Shown: positions 60,476 through 63,275 of the stretch, one piece after another
Layout: the number at the start of each line of letters is the position of its first letter
Numbering within the stretch: position 1 is the stretch's first letter
Origin: a virus
Taxonomy: Duplodnaviria > Caudoviricetes
Length of the DNA stretch: 63,275 nt
Strand: one strand, 5' to 3'
IMG/VR virus record: IMGVR_UViG_3300027861_000023
Location: 1 to 63,275 of that record
Made by a program: the position numbers and the translations under genes
Notes under the pieces: generated by a model
The model's database searches: none
What the model was told of the DNA's origin: nothing
Seen by the model: the letters and a program-made list of their open reading frames with translations, nothing else

Positions 60476-63275
60476 ATGGCAGAAGATAATTCAGTACCAC
60501 AAGGAGCAAATAAATATTCTGTTTATGCTCAAAGAGACGTAGATAGCACACAATTTAACTGGGCAAACGCAGCAGCAGATATTACTAAATCCTTTACTGA
60601 TGTTCGAGATGATAGAAAAAAAAGAAAAGAAGATTTAGAAGATGGGTTTGATAAATCAATGTCTTTACTTCAAGAGGTAGAGGCAATGCAAACTAAAACT
60701 GCTGGAGAAAAAATAACAGCAGCTTCTCAGGCTTCTGTTGATGCGTTAGTTAAACAAAACGAACTGATGAAAAGTGGAAAGATTTCTGTCAGAGATTATC
60801 AAAGATTTGAAGCTAGGTTGAAAGCTGGTTATGCAAATGTAAACAAAGTTGTAAAAGGATGGGATAAATGGCAGGGTGAGACTAACACAAGAATGACAGA
60901 AGGAACAAGTGGTTATTTAGAAATTGGAAACGCTCAAGATGTTCAGCCTTTAGGTGATTTTTCAGACTATGAATTAGTAACGAATCCATTTACTGGAAAC
61001 TTATCTTATGCAAAGTTAGAAGCGGATCCAAACGATCCTAATAAAAAGATATTACCAAAAGATGCAAGTGCGTATAAACCACCATCAGAGGTTTTTGCAA
61101 GTATGAATTATCGTCAAAATAAATACGATGCTCGTAAAGCTGTTACAGGAATTACAGATAATGTAGCTACTGTTATAACAGCGTTTCAAGAATCATACGA
61201 AAAAGATGGTTCTGGAGGAAGTGTTAAAAGTCTTGAAGATTTTAGACAAATTGGAAAAGTTGGAACTTCTGGTTTAGGTTATAATGAATGGTTGGAATCT
61301 TCTGTTAACTCTGTGGTTAATAATACAACTGCTGGTCAAATTTTATATGATAATGGTTATGGCGCAGCTAAAACCCTGGGGGATTTTCAAAAACGTTTTC
61401 CAGGTTTAACACTAGATAAATGGATAAAATATAAAAATGATAATGGTGTTTTAACTCCTGATTATCAACCTGGTCAAATAAAGAAAGCAAAAGAAATAGT
61501 TAGAGATATGATTGAGTCTCAGATAGATAGTAAATTTACTCAGACTTCAGGAACAGGGCCTCAATCCGAATCAGCCACACAGGCTGCATTAAGATTAAAA
61601 AACGAAGCAGTTATAGTAGACTTAGATGTAGCCGCTAAAATTGCGGCTGGTAACTTTGATGATTTTATTTCGGCTGGATCTCAAGGGATTGTTGGGGTTA
61701 ACCAAAGGCTAACGGATGCTGGAATTAGATCAAAGGATGGTTTTATTGATTCTATTACAAGACAAGGAGATGAGATTATAATAGAATATCAAAGTACCAG
61801 AAAAGCTACTCCAATTAAAAGAAAAAACTCAGATGGTAGTTTTAGAACTACGGAAGAGATAGCAAAGGAAGTATACCAATTAATTTCTCCTAATGGACAA
61901 TCTTTTGTTAATGATTTAGCAACTGCTAAAAAAGGTGGATTTACGTTTGATTCAAATGTAAGGGATAAAACACCAGCAGAGGTTGAGTCTATGTTAGAGA
62001 TAGAAAAAGCAACAGAATATTTAATAGACAGCGGAGTTGCTAATCCAACACCAGCACAAATAACAGATGCTATTGAAAGTGGAGAAATTGAAGTTACACA
62101 AGAAGAGTTAAAAGAAGTAATGGAAAGCGGTGATATACCACAGGTATACGTTGGCGAAGATGCGGTACAATACGCTTCAGTAGAACCTTTAAAGGTTAAA
62201 AATGTAGGTGATAACATTCAAAGAAGTGTAGGAGCTAGTATGAATGACACAACAGGTGCAGATTATATAAAACAAAAATATAATTCTGTTATGGATAAAG
62301 ATGATGATAATTTAACTACAAACACAATTTATGGCCCAAGTTTTAGTGGCAAATCGGATAGAGCAAAAGCTCTACAAGGCCCTATGCAGGCAACACTAAA
62401 CGGTTATCTTCCTGTAAAATTAAAGGGAAAGGTAGACATGACTCTTAAAGATGATGGTACGATAGAGGTGAAATATGATAAAGAAACTTTAGATATACCT
62501 GGTGTTACTAACATAACTTTAGGTCAAGAAGAAACATTTGTAAAACTTGATGCTATAACAAACCAGATAGCTCAAGATGTTACAGCAAGGTATAATACAG
62601 TTAGGAGTTCTAGAAAAGGTGGATCGCCTACGCCAGCAGAAGTGGCGGATGCTACACCTACAACTCTAGTTATTGATGATATTATTGTTCAACCAATAAA
62701 TGCTCTTGAAGGTGATGATTTAGCAGTTATAGAAGGATCAGGCCCTATTACTGAAGATGTAGTTACTGAAGATGTAGTTACTGAAGATGTAGTTACTGAA
62801 GATGTAGTTACTGAAGATGTAGTTGCTGAAGATGTAGTTGCTGAAGATGTAGTTGCTGAAGATGTAGTTGCTGAAGATGTAGTTGCTGATGATTTAGTAT
62901 TTCCTGATGATGAAGGTTTTGACCTATATAGAAGCAACCTCAACAGGGATAAATCAACGGATAACGAGGTTGTTCTTGATGAGAATGAAGCTGCGTATAT
63001 GGAAAAACTTATTCAAAAAAGAATAGCTTTAAGTAAAATGCCAGGCGTTGGAAGTTCAAATGCAGATGGGCGAGAAGAAATATTAAGATCTATTGCCAAT
63101 GACAGCACTCTTACGGACAAAGAAAAAAAGGCTATATATAGAAGATATAGATATATAGATGACCTTCATCATGATTATTTAGATGCTTTTAATAATTCTC
63201 CATATCAGATAAAAGCTAGAGAAATTTTAAAGTCTAATATGACTATACCTGAAATGGATAAAGCATTAAAAGATG
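60476..63275 (+). CDS. Ejection/cargo protein 2 (3'-partial, >930 aa); continues into the 1..1101 segment
   Basis: ATG 60476 (MAEDNSVPQG) is in frame with the DVVTE repeats at 62756. It is absent from the track, consistent with no stop before the window end. Confidence 0.8.
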   Translation, partial: MAEDNSVPQGANKYSVYAQRDVDSTQFNWANAAADITKSFTDVRDDRKKRKEDLEDGFDKSMSLLQEVEAMQTKTAGEKITAASQASVDALVKQNELMKSGKISVRDYQRFEARLKAGYANVNKVVKGWDKWQGETNTRMTEGTSGYLEIGNAQDVQPLGDFSDYELVTNPFTGNLSYAKLEADPNDPNKKILPKDASAYKPPSEVFASMNYRQNKYDARKAVTGITDNVATVITAFQESYEKDGSGGSVKSLEDFRQIGKVGTSGLGYNEWLESSVNSVVNNTTAGQILYDNGYGAAKTLGDFQKRFPGLTLDKWIKYKNDNGVLTPDYQPGQIKKAKEIVRDMIESQIDSKFTQTSGTGPQSESATQAALRLKNEAVIVDLDVAAKIAAGNFDDFISAGSQGIVGVNQRLTDAGIRSKDGFIDSITRQGDEIIIEYQSTRKATPIKRKNSDGSFRTTEEIAKEVYQLISPNGQSFVNDLATAKKGGFTFDSNVRDKTPAEVESMLEIEKATEYLIDSGVANPTPAQITDAIESGEIEVTQEELKEVMESGDIPQVYVGEDAVQYASVEPLKVKNVGDNIQRSVGASMNDTTGADYIKQKYNSVMDKDDDNLTTNTIYGPSFSGKSDRAKALQGPMQATLNGYLPVKLKGKVDMTLKDDGTIEVKYDKETLDIPGVTNITLGQEETFVKLDAITNQIAQDVTARYNTVRSSRKGGSPTPAEVADATPTTLVIDDIIVQPINALEGDDLAVIEGSGPITEDVVTEDVVTEDVVTEDVVTEDVVAEDVVAEDVVAEDVVAEDVVADDLVFPDDEGFDLYRSNLNRDKSTDNEVVLDENEAAYMEKLIQKRIALSKMPGVGSSNADGREEILRSIANDSTLTDKEKKAIYRRYRYIDDLHHDYLDAFNNSPYQIKAREILKSNMTIPEMDKALKD
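62756..63275 (+). repeat. Imperfect direct repeat of bases ~16-535, including the 15-bp unit x9
   Basis: Offset 62740; 13 substitutions in 150-446; the last ~88 bp are identical. Confidence 0.95.

Noticed and set aside
1101-63275. Stop-codon reassignment as in some crAss-like phages
   Set aside because: Long genes are intact in the standard code, and TAA, TAG and TGA all end genes at sensible boundaries.

Overview
This window appears to be a nearly complete, circularly permuted ~63 kb genome of an AT-rich tailed phage. The host is most likely a Bacteroidota/Flavobacteriia species: TAnnTTTG promoter motifs precede the operons, translation starts are A-rich with no Shine-Dalgarno sequence, and there are DUF3127 SSB and BT4734-type primase genes. 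The minus-strand arm (11.4-25.3 kb) holds small early ORFs and then recombination/replication genes: ERF, RecE-like exonuclease, SSB, primase-helicase, SF2 helicase and VRR-NUC. I found no DNA polymerase, RNA polymerase or integrase. After a non-coding switch region (25.3-26.0 kb), the plus-strand arm encodes GroEL/GroES, a run of tiny basic proteins, lysis genes and tail fibres. It continues with terminase, portal, scaffold, major capsid protein, podovirus (P22/crAss-like) ring and muzzle proteins, and three ejection/cargo proteins, one of them a 3411-aa polyvalent-type protein. The most notable signals missed by the ORF track are: (1) a 52-aa basic gene nested in the +1 frame of the giant gene; (2) a hammerhead ribozyme with a variant core and a tRNA-like minihelix, each fused to a stop codon in the early arm; (3) two non-identical copies of a ~0.5 kb cargo-protein segment at the window ends, whose 13 differences are all non-synonymous; (4) a repeat-flanked domain cassette in the giant protein; (5) two matching origin-like intergenic elements plus an iteron-like array. 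All family calls are from motif recognition, not database searches.
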